Of a stretch of 64,000 nt of DNA, positions 53,206 to 63,431 are shown piece by piece. This stretch comes from Candidatus Marinacidobacterales bacterium (GTDB lineage Bacteria > Acidobacteriota > Vicinamibacteria > Marinacidobacterales > DATDRI01). The position numbers and the translations under genes are program-made. The notes beneath the pieces were generated by a model. It made no database searches and was not told where the DNA came from. It saw only the letters and a list, made by a program, of their open reading frames with translations. Each line of letters starts with the position of its first letter. Within the stretch, counting starts at the first letter, position 1. The stretch covers positions 256,001-320,000 of the forward strand of contig CBDCNP010000002.1 in NCBI GenBank assembly GCA_965219415.1, written 5' to 3'.

Positions 53206-54342
53206 ATGAGCGATGAGAAAAAAACAACCGAGGACACCCGTCGCCCTAAGGTGGTGTTTTACTCGTTCCTACTCCTCCTCTTCTTCGTCTTCTTCCTCGC
53301 GTTCCTCGTTTTTCGACACTTCTTGGTAACCGTCGCGGTTTCCGCGTCGGTGGCCGCGCTGCTCGGTCCGGTCTACGACCGGCTTACTCGCGCCCTGCGC
53401 GGCCGGAGATCCCTCTCTGCGGCACTGATGGTCGCTCTAACCACACTCGTCATACTCGTGCCTCTTCTGACCTACACCATTTTGCTGAGCAGTCAGGCGG
53501 TGGATTTCTACGAATGGGTTCGCCCGAAGCTGGAAGCCGATGCACTCCGGCAACTTTGGAGCCAGGCTCTACCGACTCGTTACCCATGGGTGCTCAAAGT
53601 GCAGGAAGCGTTCCAATTGACAGAGCTCGATCAGGAGCGTTTGGTGGAGCTCCTCTCACCGGCGCTCAGCCAACTCGCTTCAGGGGCGAATCGCATCATC
53701 CAAGGGGCGGTCGCGGGAGTAACCTCGACTCTACTCTATCTAATACTGTTTCTCATCACGCTTTTTTTCATCCTGCGCGACGGAGAAGCCCTAGCGGGAG
53801 AACTCAAGGGGGTTTCCCCCGTGTCGCCGGTGCAATCCCACGAGATATATGAGCGCCTGACGAAAACCGTCAAGGCGGTGCTTTATGCGATGGTCGTGGT
53901 TCCGGTGGCGCAAGGACTACTAGCGATGCTCGGTTTCAAGATCTTCGACCTCCCTTCGCCGCTGTTCTGGGGAACGATGTTGATCTTCGCCGCGATCATT
54001 CCGGGGATCGGCTCACCGTTGGTTTGGATTCCCGCCACGGTGTATCTCTTTGTGGCTGGGCCTCTGTGGCAAGGGATCGGGATGCTTCTCTACGGAACGT
54101 TCGTCATCAGTACGTCCGACAACATCATCAAGCCAATCCTTCTTCACGAGACGGCCCAGATTCACCCGCTCCTCGCCTTCTTCTCGATTCTGGGCGGCAT
54201 CCTTTCTTTTGGACTCATCGGCTTCCTCGTGGGGCCGGTGATTTTGTCTCTCATGCTCTCCGCCATACGAATTTATCGGATGAATATTCTGCGAGCCCCT
54301 TCGGGGGTGATGATTCCCCCCGCCGAAGCACCGGCCAAATAG
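53206..54342 (+). CDS. AI-2E family transporter
   Basis: FFILRDG, IPGIGS.LVWIP, DNIIKP, HPLL.FFSILGG, GFLVGP. Confidence 0.92.
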   Translation: MSDEKKTTEDTRRPKVVFYSFLLLLFFVFFLAFLVFRHFLVTVAVSASVAALLGPVYDRLTRALRGRRSLSAALMVALTTLVILVPLLTYTILLSSQAVDFYEWVRPKLEADALRQLWSQALPTRYPWVLKVQEAFQLTELDQERLVELLSPALSQLASGANRIIQGAVAGVTSTLLYLILFLITLFFILRDGEALAGELKGVSPVSPVQSHEIYERLTKTVKAVLYAMVVVPVAQGLLAMLGFKIFDLPSPLFWGTMLIFAAIIPGIGSPLVWIPATVYLFVAGPLWQGIGMLLYGTFVISTSDNIIKPILLHETAQIHPLLAFFSILGGILSFGLIGFLVGPVILSLMLSAIRIYRMNILRAPSGVMIPPAEAPAK

Positions 54343-54492
54343 CGTCATCTGAGGTTAGAAAGCGTAAGAGAACTCGGCGGTCGCCACTTTCTCCACTGCA
54401 ACCGCAAACTCTCTGAATGCAGTACTATCGCTAGAGGTTCTTGCGACGATACGGCCCCGATCATAAAATGCGCCGCGAGACAAGAAACGATC

Positions 54493-55143
54493 ATGTTGCA
54501 CTACGTCATCGAGAAGCTCTCCAACCATCCGGGTCTCTTCCTCTTTTGTCGCGGACTCTTCGAGGCGAACTTCCGAGCCATTCGGCGCACGATCCACGAG
54601 CAGCTACCCGACCAGGAGGGCCGTAGGGTACTCGACGTGGCGTGTGGGCCGGGAGCTTTTTCCGAGCTATTCCCCGCGGAAACCTACGTGGGGGTGGACA
54701 TGAACCAACGCTATATCGACTACGCCCGGCTTCACTATAAGGGAACGTTCCACGTAATGGACGCGAGGAAGCTCGACTTCGAAGCGGACACCTTCGATGA
54801 TGTGCTCGTCTACGGCCTTCTTCACCATTTGAACGACGAGGATGCGCGAGCGGTCCTGGACGGCATCGCCCGTGTTCTGAAACCGGCCGGCCGAGCCCTG
54901 ATCATCGAGGACGTTCCTACCGAATCACGTCTCAACTTGATAGGACACCTACTGCATCGCATAGAGAACGGCCACTTCATCCGCACCGCCGAGGAGTACC
55001 GCACCTTGTTGGGAGGTCACCTCCAGAAGCAAGGCGAGCAGTTCTTCCGCAGTGGCTTCTGCGATTACTACATGGCGAGTCTTACGAGCGACGGAGTTCC
55101 ATCATCTGCTCCTGCCGCCGCTCAGGCCACACCCTCTCCATGA
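54493..55143 (+). CDS. Class I SAM-dependent methyltransferase
   Basis: VLDVACGPG, YVGVD, DARKLDF...FD, LHHL, RVLKP.G. Confidence 0.9.
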   Translation: MLHYVIEKLSNHPGLFLFCRGLFEANFRAIRRTIHEQLPDQEGRRVLDVACGPGAFSELFPAETYVGVDMNQRYIDYARLHYKGTFHVMDARKLDFEADTFDDVLVYGLLHHLNDEDARAVLDGIARVLKPAGRALIIEDVPTESRLNLIGHLLHRIENGHFIRTAEEYRTLLGGHLQKQGEQFFRSGFCDYYMASLTSDGVPSSAPAAAQATPSP

Positions 55144-57119
55144 AGGCCGAGGTTCGACGCTCGGGCCTTTTGCTGCTTGCAGCATCGATACTCTTCCTTC
55201 TCGCCTATCAGGTCCCGACCGACCTCTTTTTCGACTTCGGACCCAACGACGGTGATTACGTCACCGGCTTCCGCGAAGACTTCGAGATCGATGAGCCAAC
55301 TCTGATCCATTGGTCCCTCCGACGTGGACGGGTACGACTTCCCGTCATCCTGCCGAAGGGACCCTTCGAAGTCTCCTTTCGCTATAAGCGTCACATCGCA
55401 CTGCCCGCCGAAACCGCTCTATTCGTCGCCAACGAGCAGGTCGATCGCTTCCCGGTGCCGCAGCAAGATTTTCAAGTTCGCACAGTCACCGTCTCAGAGA
55501 ACGCGCGACCCTGGACTCCACTCGACATTGTATTTCTCTCCCGATCCTCCGACCCCAGGCCCCTCGGCCTGGCTCTCGACTGGCTGCGGATCCTACCTTC
55601 CGGTCCGGTGCTACCGGCGCCGGTCGCTTTCCTTTATTTGCTGGGAACGGTTCTCGGCTTGTACGTGTTTCCTCGTCTCATCGGGTTCTCGTCAAGAGCG
55701 TCGCTCGGCATCGCGATGGGAGGAACCGTCGCCCTTGCCATAGGAACTGCCTTTCACAAGCTTGCCTGGCTTCAGGCTTCCACGCAGTTGGGACTCCGTC
55801 CACACGTCATTTCGTTCATCGTGATTGCCTTCTTCTCAGTGCGCCGGCGAAATCGGGATTCCGCGTTCTCACATCCGCTGGCCCGGTGGGCGATGCTGGC
55901 GTTCTACCTGGGAACGACGGTACGTCTGCTCGCCTTGTTCCATCCCGACTTCTACTACCCCGACGTGCGAACCCATGCCAAGTTTGTCTCCATCATTTGG
56001 ACCGAAGGCCTCGCCAGCTTTTTCATGGATCACATTCCGAACCAGCATCGTCATCTACTGGGGCTTCAGCGGGTAGGTGCAGATTGGAAGGCATTCCCCT
56101 ATCCTCCGCTGCTGTATCTCTCTATCTATCCTCTGAGTCTTCTTCGGCTCCCGGTCGAGGATTGGATGAAAATCGTGCCCACCGTGCTTTCCGGCATCGA
56201 GGGCCTCATCGTCTACGTGATGGCGCTACGACTCGGCGCATCGTCCCGCGCCGCGGTAGCGGCGAGTTGGATTCACGCAACCGCACCGCTTCTTGCGTTT
56301 CGCCTCACCGTGGCGTCCTACGCGGCACTCTTCGGCCACTCTTGGGACATGCTGGTGGCTCTCTATCTGCTCTTTCGATTCGGACAGATGGAGCGAGCCA
56401 GAGTCGGAATAGGCTTGGCGCTACTCGTCGCGCTGTCGATCCTTTCGTACGCCGGTAGCGTCCTCGTGCTGGGCCTCTTCGTGCCCGCCTTCGCTGTCAC
56501 AGTGGCGTTCCGATACCGGAACAAGATCGATATCCGGCGCGCGATACGCGTCAGCCTCTGGGCCTTGGTGGGTGCCTTGGCAGCTATCGTCGCTTTCTAC
56601 AACCAGTACATCCCGGAGCTACTGCCTCAAGGTTTGAGTCAAGCTTCCCAAACCGCATCCGAGGGTGCCTTGATCGAGCTCCGCGTCACACCAATCGCCG
56701 CATTCCAGATGACCGTTCACCGACTTTTTCTATTCTACGGACCGTTGTTCGGTCTTTTGGTCTTCGTCGGATGGTACGTGGCGCGCGGACACCTTACTCA
56801 TCGCCTAGCCTTTCCTCTCGCACTCGGGACGGTCTTCACGTTCCTTGGGCTCAACTTCTTGCGTGCAGGACTCGGGGGAACTCACATCTTCCAGTTCACC
56901 AAGGACGATTTGGTGTTGTTGCCAATGGCGGCGATCGTGCTCGGCAACCTCATGGACGTCGCAGCCAATCGGTCTCGAGCGGGAAAGATTGTTGCGGTGG
57001 GCCTTCTTGCCGGGTGGGTAGGATGGGGCTCCGTCGCTCTCGCACGCGACGTCCAATCGCGTTTTGTCAGACCCGACTATCCACCTTCGGCGTCGGCTAC
57101 GGCTTTTCCCCCGAAGTGA
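55140..57119 (+). CDS. Polytopic membrane protein, GT-C glycosyltransferase-like
   Basis: Periplasmic beta domain, more than ten hydrophobic segments, and an external loop with YYPDVRTH and FPYPPLLY. The start overlaps the methyltransferase stop. Confidence 0.55.
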   Translation: MKAEVRRSGLLLLAASILFLLAYQVPTDLFFDFGPNDGDYVTGFREDFEIDEPTLIHWSLRRGRVRLPVILPKGPFEVSFRYKRHIALPAETALFVANEQVDRFPVPQQDFQVRTVTVSENARPWTPLDIVFLSRSSDPRPLGLALDWLRILPSGPVLPAPVAFLYLLGTVLGLYVFPRLIGFSSRASLGIAMGGTVALAIGTAFHKLAWLQASTQLGLRPHVISFIVIAFFSVRRRNRDSAFSHPLARWAMLAFYLGTTVRLLALFHPDFYYPDVRTHAKFVSIIWTEGLASFFMDHIPNQHRHLLGLQRVGADWKAFPYPPLLYLSIYPLSLLRLPVEDWMKIVPTVLSGIEGLIVYVMALRLGASSRAAVAASWIHATAPLLAFRLTVASYAALFGHSWDMLVALYLLFRFGQMERARVGIGLALLVALSILSYAGSVLVLGLFVPAFAVTVAFRYRNKIDIRRAIRVSLWALVGALAAIVAFYNQYIPELLPQGLSQASQTASEGALIELRVTPIAAFQMTVHRLFLFYGPLFGLLVFVGWYVARGHLTHRLAFPLALGTVFTFLGLNFLRAGLGGTHIFQFTKDDLVLLPMAAIVLGNLMDVAANRSRAGKIVAVGLLAGWVGWGSVALARDVQSRFVRPDYPPSASATAFPPK

Positions 57120-57142
57120 AGGAGCAAGGGGACGCAGATCGC

Positions 57143-58514
57143 GAGCTACCCTCAGAAGGTGTGGAAATAAAGTAAAGGCGGAGTAACCTTCCGCGTCACG
57201 AAACACGGCGTGAAGGGGCCAACGGAAGGAGACACCGCCATGAAGGAAAAGACCACAAGACGACGGAGCTCGTCAAGGGTGGCTTGGGAGTCGCTGGAGA
57301 AGTGGGCGAGGCTCGAGATCCAGGATTGGGTGCAGGAGCTGATGGTAGCCGAAGTCACGGAGCTTCTCGGGCGTGAGAAATCGGAGAGACGGAAGCCCGT
57401 GGACACAACGGCGGGCTATCGAAATGGATACGGTAAGCCTCGAAAGCTGACGATGAGCGTGGGCACGGTGACGGTTCGCCGGCCGAGAGTACGGGACGTG
57501 GAGGAGAGGTTCGAAAGTCGAGTGCTTCCGCTGTTCAAGCGTCGGAGCGAAACGGTGAGCGAGTTGATTCCGGAGCTGTACCTGCATGGACTAGCTCACG
57601 GAGATTTCGATTTGGCGCTCCGCGGGCTTCTAGGGGAGGACGCTCCACTTTCTCCCAGCACGGTGTCGCGGCTGAAACAGAAATGGCAGGGAGAGTACGA
57701 GCAGTGGCTAGCTCGCCCACTGGACGAACTCGAGCTCGTGTCCCTGTGGGTAGATGGCGTGTACGTGAAGGCCGGCCTTGAGAAGGACAAGGCGGCGGTG
57801 CTAGTTGCGGTTGGTGGCCTGTCCGACGGGACGAAAATCGTCCTGACGCTGGAGGCCGGGCATCGAGAATCCGAAGCGTCATGGTCGTCGCTGCTACGGA
57901 GACTGAAGAAGCGCGGTCTGAGATGTCCCCGTTTGGTGATCGGTGACGGTCATCTCGGCATCTGGGCCGCGACCCGAAACGTATTTCCAGAAGCTGAGGA
58001 GCAGCGGTGCTGGAACCACCGAATCCTCAACGTACTGGACCGGATTCCGAAAAGGGACCAGGCGCAGGCCAAGCCGCTGTTGACGGCGACCCCCTACCCC
58101 ACCAGCCTGCAGGAGTGCGAGACGAAGAAGGCCAAGTTCCAGGATTGGTGCTTGCGCAAGGGTCTTCCGGGGGCCGCGCACGTGCTCGACGAGGACTGGG
58201 AGCGGATGGTCAGCTTCTATTCCTTTCCCAAGCCTCACTGGCAACACCTTCGCACGAGCAACGTCGTGGAGTCACCGTTCGCTGCACTGAGATTGAGAAC
58301 GGATGCGGCCAAAAGGTTCAAGAAAGTCGAGTCCGCCACTGCGACAATCTTCAAACTGCTTCTGGTTGCGGAGAAGAATTTTCGCCGGCTCAACGCACCG
58401 GAGCTGATGCGAGAGGTTCACCTGGGCGTTCGATTTGAAGATGGAGACAGGGTAACGGAGTCGTCGAAGGTTGCTGCTGCCTGAACTTTTTTACACACCT
58501 ATTGACAAGAGCTC
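57143..58514 (+). mobile_element. IS256-family element type C
   Basis: IR gagctaccctcagaaggtgtggaaa versus gagctcttgtcaataggtgtgtaaa; 8-bp TSD cagatcgc at 57135-57142 and 58515-58522. Confidence 0.92.
57240..58484 (+). CDS. IS256 transposase
   Basis: GYRNGYG, WVDGVY, IGDGHLG, QRCWNH, RTSNVVES. Confidence 0.93.
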   Translation: MKEKTTRRRSSSRVAWESLEKWARLEIQDWVQELMVAEVTELLGREKSERRKPVDTTAGYRNGYGKPRKLTMSVGTVTVRRPRVRDVEERFESRVLPLFKRRSETVSELIPELYLHGLAHGDFDLALRGLLGEDAPLSPSTVSRLKQKWQGEYEQWLARPLDELELVSLWVDGVYVKAGLEKDKAAVLVAVGGLSDGTKIVLTLEAGHRESEASWSSLLRRLKKRGLRCPRLVIGDGHLGIWAATRNVFPEAEEQRCWNHRILNVLDRIPKRDQAQAKPLLTATPYPTSLQECETKKAKFQDWCLRKGLPGAAHVLDEDWERMVSFYSFPKPHWQHLRTSNVVESPFAALRLRTDAAKRFKKVESATATIFKLLLVAEKNFRRLNAPELMREVHLGVRFEDGDRVTESSKVAAA

Positions 58515-58627
58515 CAGATCGCCGCTACCTTGTCATGCAATGAACTGAAATACTCTCACAACAACTGGACCCAAGAATCGGGAGGGTCATCATTTACCTG
58601 TCCCTCCGGTGGATCTTTCTACCTGAG

Positions 58628-58990
58628 CTAGTCATCATCGCCACGGTATGAACATCCGTCTACACATGTCTCCGCGATATCGATTCGTATCAGCCCCGCC
58701 AGCTGTGACTGGAGTCGTACCCAGATCCACCGGACGATGTTCTCCGATGTTGGATTTTCTAAACCGGGAATTTCGTTCAAATAGGAGTGATCCAGCAAGT
58801 CTAAGATTGGCTTGAACGCCGCCTTTATGTCTGCGAAATCCATAACCCAGCCTGCCTTCTCGTCAACCTCCCCGGCCGCGTGGATTGTTAATTGGAATGA
58901 GTGTCCGTGCAAACGCTTACACTTATGACCATCAGGGACGTGTGGAAGCCGGTGCGCCGCTTCAAAACGGAATTTCTTGTGGATTTCCAT
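58628..58990 (-). CDS. queD: 6-carboxytetrahydropterin synthase
   Basis: FEAAHRLP, CKRLHGHS, MDFAD, LDHSYLN, LENPTSEN, ET. Confidence 0.92.
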   Translation of the reverse strand: MEIHKKFRFEAAHRLPHVPDGHKCKRLHGHSFQLTIHAAGEVDEKAGWVMDFADIKAAFKPILDLLDHSYLNEIPGLENPTSENIVRWIWVRLQSQLAGLIRIDIAETCVDGCSYRGDDD

Positions 58991-59006
58991 GTTCTAGTCA
59001 CGATGC

Positions 59007-59195
59007 TTATGATCGGAGCCCGAATAGCTTTACCAGTTCGTCTACGATTTCACTTATACTCCGTATTTTACGACCGACGTACGAAACAGTGGGGTCGCCG
59101 ACAAAACCGCTTACTAGAAGCGCCAGCTCACTGGATGTGAAGTCGGGATCTGCTTCTACAAGAGCACGCCTCAGAAAGTCTGTTAGAGGGGTTCT
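59007..59195 (-). pseudogene. C-terminal fragment of an unknown gene upstream of queD (upper boundary approximate)
   Basis: ...TPLTDFLRRALVEADPDFTSSELALLVSGFVGDPTVSYVGRKIRSISEIVDELVKLFGLRS*. Third codon positions are AT-richer, as in queD. There is no credible start. Confidence 0.45.
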
Positions 59196-59448
59196 GAAAG
59201 CGGCTGGCTGTAAAGAGGACAGCATTCGAATCCGTCTCGGAAATCCGGATGGCGCCCACGCCACCTCGACCTGTCGCATGAGCGGCTCCGACTCCGATGG
59301 CGTCGTTGATCGCAACTTGCAGGTTCACGGCACGGACAGTCTCTACGTGTGCTCCAACGCCGTTTTTCCCAACGTGGCTGCAGCGAATCCCACCCTAACG
59401 GTGGCAGCGCTCGCTGTGCGGCTAACCGAACATATTGACGCGGCATGA
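59190..59448 (+). pseudogene. C-terminal fragment of a GMC oxidoreductase (start approximate)
   Basis: VLKAAG..., AHATSTCRM, GVVD.NLQVHG..LYV...VFP..AANPTLT..ALA.R. There is no FAD-binding N-terminus. Confidence 0.8.
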
Positions 59449-59485
59449 CTCGTTGCCCCATGGTTGGCGAGAGGGAGGATCATTC

Positions 59486-60058
59486 ATGCCACTGACACGG
59501 GACAAAGCTTGGCAACACCTTTGTGAATGGACCCAGACGGATTCGCTCCGCAAGCACGCACGGGCGGTGGAAATTGTCATGCGGCAAGCCGCACACCGCT
59601 ACGGGCCGGGTGTGGATGGGGAAGAGAAGTGGGGGATCGCCGGCATGTTGCACGATGGGGACTACGAGCAGTGGCCCGAAGATCATCCCAACCGCATCGT
59701 CGCCTGGCTCCGTGAGCGCGGTGAAGAGGAGCTCGCCTACGCCATCTCCGCTCACCATACGAAGTGGAACGTTCCCTACAAGAGTCAGCTCGATCGCAGT
59801 CTCCTCGCCTGCGACGAGCTCACCGACTTCATCGTTGCAAGCTGCCTCGTCCGCCCGGATGGCGTCCACACGATCGCCCCGAAAAGCGTCCGGAAGAAAC
59901 TCAAGGACAAGGCGTTCGCTGCCAAGGTCGAGCGCGCGGAGGTTCACGCTGGTGTCGAGTTGCTCGGCGTGGATCTGTCCGAGCATATTCAGTTCATCAT
60001 CGATGCTCTGAAGCCGCACGCCGAGGAACTCGGAATCGGCGGAAGGGGTGCCGCCTAG
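59486..60058 (+). CDS. HD-domain metal-dependent phosphohydrolase
   Basis: GGAGG RBS; LRKH...VE, GMLHDGDYE, AI..H, ACDEL, K.KDKAFAA. Confidence 0.88.
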   Translation: MPLTRDKAWQHLCEWTQTDSLRKHARAVEIVMRQAAHRYGPGVDGEEKWGIAGMLHDGDYEQWPEDHPNRIVAWLRERGEEELAYAISAHHTKWNVPYKSQLDRSLLACDELTDFIVASCLVRPDGVHTIAPKSVRKKLKDKAFAAKVERAEVHAGVELLGVDLSEHIQFIIDALKPHAEELGIGGRGAA

Positions 60059-60071
60059 CAACTAGCCGGCG

Positions 60072-62102
60072 CTAGTTCTTTCGCCTTCGCTCTAGCAATT
60101 GCCCGAGCCATGCGGCGGCCAGAATCAGGAAAAAGTAGGCCGGCATGACGAACCTTGGCGCCCGACCGGACGCGAAGTTCTGGATGTAGGCGAACGGAAT
60201 GAGATGCCCCAAATAGGCAACCAACAGAAACCGCATAGGTGTCACCGAGCATAGCAGCAAGCCGGCGACACCGGCGGCGAGAACCGCGACCCCGAACAGT
60301 GGAAACTCACTCAAGCCGCTCCAAAATTTCGTCAGCGGCAAAATAGTCAGTCCGCGCAAATTGCCCATCAGCAGTTCGCCCATTTCATGGAACTCGGTGA
60401 CATAGCGGTACAGGCTTACCTCCCCCAAACTCGCGGGATTCTCTGTACCCTCCGCCCTCAACCAGAATTGTGTGTGAAAGCTGATCGCATAGAAGGGATC
60501 CCCGTGCACCCGGTAGCAGTTGACCAAGTAGGGCGCCACGAGCACGGTCATCGTGAACACGGCGACTCCCAGCATCGGCCATCCGCTCTGCTTTCGTTTC
60601 TCCCAGGCCCCCAATACCAGGATGGGCAGAACGAGACTCAGACCGCTGAGTCGAATCAAGCACACCACGGCCGCTAGAACTCCAGATATCACCGGACGCA
60701 AAACGGGGTGGCCTCGATCCCGGCCGAAGACGGTCGCTACAAAGAGGAGAAGAAAGAACACGTACGCGCTCAACCGATAACCACTCGGCGCCTCGAAGAT
60801 CAACCACTCGTGCAGAACCAGCGGTACCAGCATGGCTACCGCCCACCACCGACCCACCATGGGAATTGCCAACAGGAACGCGAGGGGCAAGACGGCGATC
60901 GAAAAGAAGAGACTCTGCAGGAGAATCCCGATCTCTCGTCTGCCGGCGAGCGCGACGAAGAACTTCACCAAACCGACGTAAACCGGCTCCCGAAACGACG
61001 CGTCGTAGAAACTACCGAGGCTCATCGCCTCGGCTCCGTCAAGATAGCTTCGGACATCCGCGCGATAGGGATCTTCTGCGAAGTTCGCGCGATAAAAGGC
61101 GTGGTAATCGGGCAGAAGAGGCCGGAGGCTCTGTTGAACGGTATTCGCCCATGGGCTCGTGTCCACGAGCTGGGAGCGAACAAGGAGCGCATCGAAACGC
61201 AGCATCGCGCCGAAACCGACGAGCAGCACGGCGGCGGCGGTCGGAACCCAACGAGCCGCTCGGTCGGCGGAAAGCCTCTCCTTCCAGAATTGCCGGGACT
61301 CGCCGGCGAAAATAACGAGCGCGAAAAACACGCTCCATCCGATGAGACAGACGATCAACGAAATGCCGGCTGCGATCTCCTTCCTTCGCAACGTGCGGGC
61401 GGTCAGCCGGTCCGCCTCGCCAGCCAGGTAATGATCGAGCGGAAGCAGTGCCATAAAGGAGGGTTGTGACCAACGCAGGTGCAGCCGCGCCGGCCCGTCG
61501 ACCTGTTCGAACCTCAGTGCGAGGCGGTGCACACCCTGCTCGAGAAATGTGTCTTCGCGCGAAGAGCCGGCTGAACGAGCCAGCCTCTTCCCATCCAAAC
61601 GAAGCACGCAGCGATTGTCGCAGTCCAGTTCGAATCGATAGACGCCGGCCCGCGGCGCAAAAAGCCAACCTGCGATCTCGAGCCGTACATCGCGCCGACG
61701 CCCCGCGATTCGGTTCAGATATTTCCGGCTATCGATGGTTAGCGAATCGATGCGCCGGTTGGCCTCTACTTCGGTTCTGCTCTCGGTTACCCTGGAGACC
61801 GTAGCAGGAAGCGACGACGCAGGTTCGACGATGCTTGCGCGCCACCAGGCCAGGGGCCAAGCGATGACGATGAGCGCGGTCGCGACGATGGCGAGAGGGA
61901 GAGGGCGAGGCTCGCTACTGGAACGTGGAACCAAGAAGAAGGCCAAGAAACTCAAACCGAACAATGGCCGGAGGCCAATGGACGGAAACGAAAAGGAGCC
62001 TAGGCTGGCGCCTTGATCACCGAGAAGCCGGATAGTGGCGATGCCGGTAAGTACTGAGAGGAGGACTAGACCGCGCTTGCTTCGGGGAAGAGGAAGAAAC
62101 AA
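60072..62102 (-). CDS. PA14-domain polytopic membrane protein, GT-C-like
   Basis: PA14-like APRAGVYRFELDCD...LDG...G.H.L.LRFEQ..G...L.L.W, then a loop with DPYRAD..Y and FYDASFREP, then many transmembrane helices. Confidence 0.6.
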   Translation of the reverse strand: MFLPLPRSKRGLVLLSVLTGIATIRLLGDQGASLGSFSFPSIGLRPLFGLSFLAFFLVPRSSSEPRPLPLAIVATALIVIAWPLAWWRASIVEPASSLPATVSRVTESRTEVEANRRIDSLTIDSRKYLNRIAGRRRDVRLEIAGWLFAPRAGVYRFELDCDNRCVLRLDGKRLARSAGSSREDTFLEQGVHRLALRFEQVDGPARLHLRWSQPSFMALLPLDHYLAGEADRLTARTLRRKEIAAGISLIVCLIGWSVFFALVIFAGESRQFWKERLSADRAARWVPTAAAVLLVGFGAMLRFDALLVRSQLVDTSPWANTVQQSLRPLLPDYHAFYRANFAEDPYRADVRSYLDGAEAMSLGSFYDASFREPVYVGLVKFFVALAGRREIGILLQSLFFSIAVLPLAFLLAIPMVGRWWAVAMLVPLVLHEWLIFEAPSGYRLSAYVFFLLLFVATVFGRDRGHPVLRPVISGVLAAVVCLIRLSGLSLVLPILVLGAWEKRKQSGWPMLGVAVFTMTVLVAPYLVNCYRVHGDPFYAISFHTQFWLRAEGTENPASLGEVSLYRYVTEFHEMGELLMGNLRGLTILPLTKFWSGLSEFPLFGVAVLAAGVAGLLLCSVTPMRFLLVAYLGHLIPFAYIQNFASGRAPRFVMPAYFFLILAAAWLGQLLERRRKN

Positions 62103-62133
62103 GCAAGCATATTGTCACAGTCGGAAAAGGGAT

Positions 62134-63421
62134 TCAAAGCGCGCTCGATCCAAATAGTTCCGGCAGGGGCTTCCCGGTGTCGGTGACCTGAATCGGTCTT
62201 CCGAGAGCAGAAAAGTTCATCCCCTCGGGGTCGATTCCGAGCGCGTGGCAGAACGAAGCGAACAGATCGGACACCGTGACCGGCCGCTCCCGAATCTCGT
62301 GGCCGTCGATGTCGGTGGCACCAACGACCTGCCCCCCTTCCACTCCACCCCCCGCCAGGGCAACGCTCCATGCTTTCGGGTAATGGTCTCGCCCACCGCG
62401 ATTGTTGATGCGAGGGGTGCGGCCAAACTCTCCCATCCAAACCACCAGGGTCGACTCCAGAAGCCCACGCTCTCGCAGGTCACGAATCAAACTGGACATG
62501 GCGGGGTCCAGCGTGGCCATGAGCGACCGCGTGGTCTCGAAATTGTTTTGATGGGTGTCCCAGCCACCAAGCTCGACCTCGACGTAGCGAACGCCGCGTT
62601 CCACGAGCCGCCGAGCCGCCAGGCAGCCCCGGCCGAACGCATTCAGGCCGAAGGATTCTCGTAGACGTTCCTTCTCGAGCGAGACGTCGAAGGCGTCGAT
62701 AGACCGGCTACGCATCAGTTTGGATCGCCTTGTCGACCGTCGCCCAGTGCCCCTCGGCTTCCCCACCGCGGTGCGACGATTGAAACCTGGTTTCGAGCTT
62801 GGAGAGCAGGGCGAGTCTCTCATCGAAACGAGCTCGAGTGGCACCTGACGGGAGTTCGAGGTTTTCGATGGGTCGCGACGGGTCTCTCACCACGAAAGGA
62901 GCAAAGTCCACTCCTAGCAGACCCGAGCCCGCCGAAGGCCCGTTGAGGCTGACGAAAGGTGGTAACTCCATCTCCTTGCTCGCAAGCTCTTGCGCAACGA
63001 CGGCCCCCAAGCTCGGGTGTCGGGTCGCGCCCTGCGGCGGGTAACCGGTGTGAGCGAGATAACGAGCGCGCTGATGATTCCCCTCGCGAGAGGTCATCGA
63101 ACGGATGACCGCCAGGTCGTTCATCTCGAAAGCAACCTTCGGCAGATGCTCCGATATTCGGATGCCATCGACGGTGGTCTCTATGCCCCTGAACTCCCCA
63201 CCCGTCGGCCGTCCAGGCTTGGGGTCCCAGGTGTCCAACTGACTGGGTCCTCCCGCCATCCACAAGACGATGCAGGAGCGAGCCTTTCCCGCAGCCGGCT
63301 GAGCGAAGACAGATGACAGCCCCAGCCACTGCGTTAGAGTGAGCCCGAAGCTTGCGCTGACACTTCGTCGTAGAAACTCGCGGCGGCTCCCCGCCTCATA
63401 CGTAAAAGCGTCCTCGCTCAT
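62134..63421 (-). CDS. DUF1501 family protein with Tat-like signal (frameshift near 62720)
   Basis: SRREFL, LWMAGGPSQLDTWDPK, HPSLGA, CLAARRLVERGV, GWDTH, GEFGRTP.IN..GGRDH. Confidence 0.92.
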
Positions 63422-63431
63422 CGTGACACCC

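Noticed and set aside
54355-54430. Minus-strand ...KVATAEFSYAF* resembling an outer-membrane protein C-terminus
   Set aside because: Too short to support, and its ORF overlaps the methyltransferase antisense.
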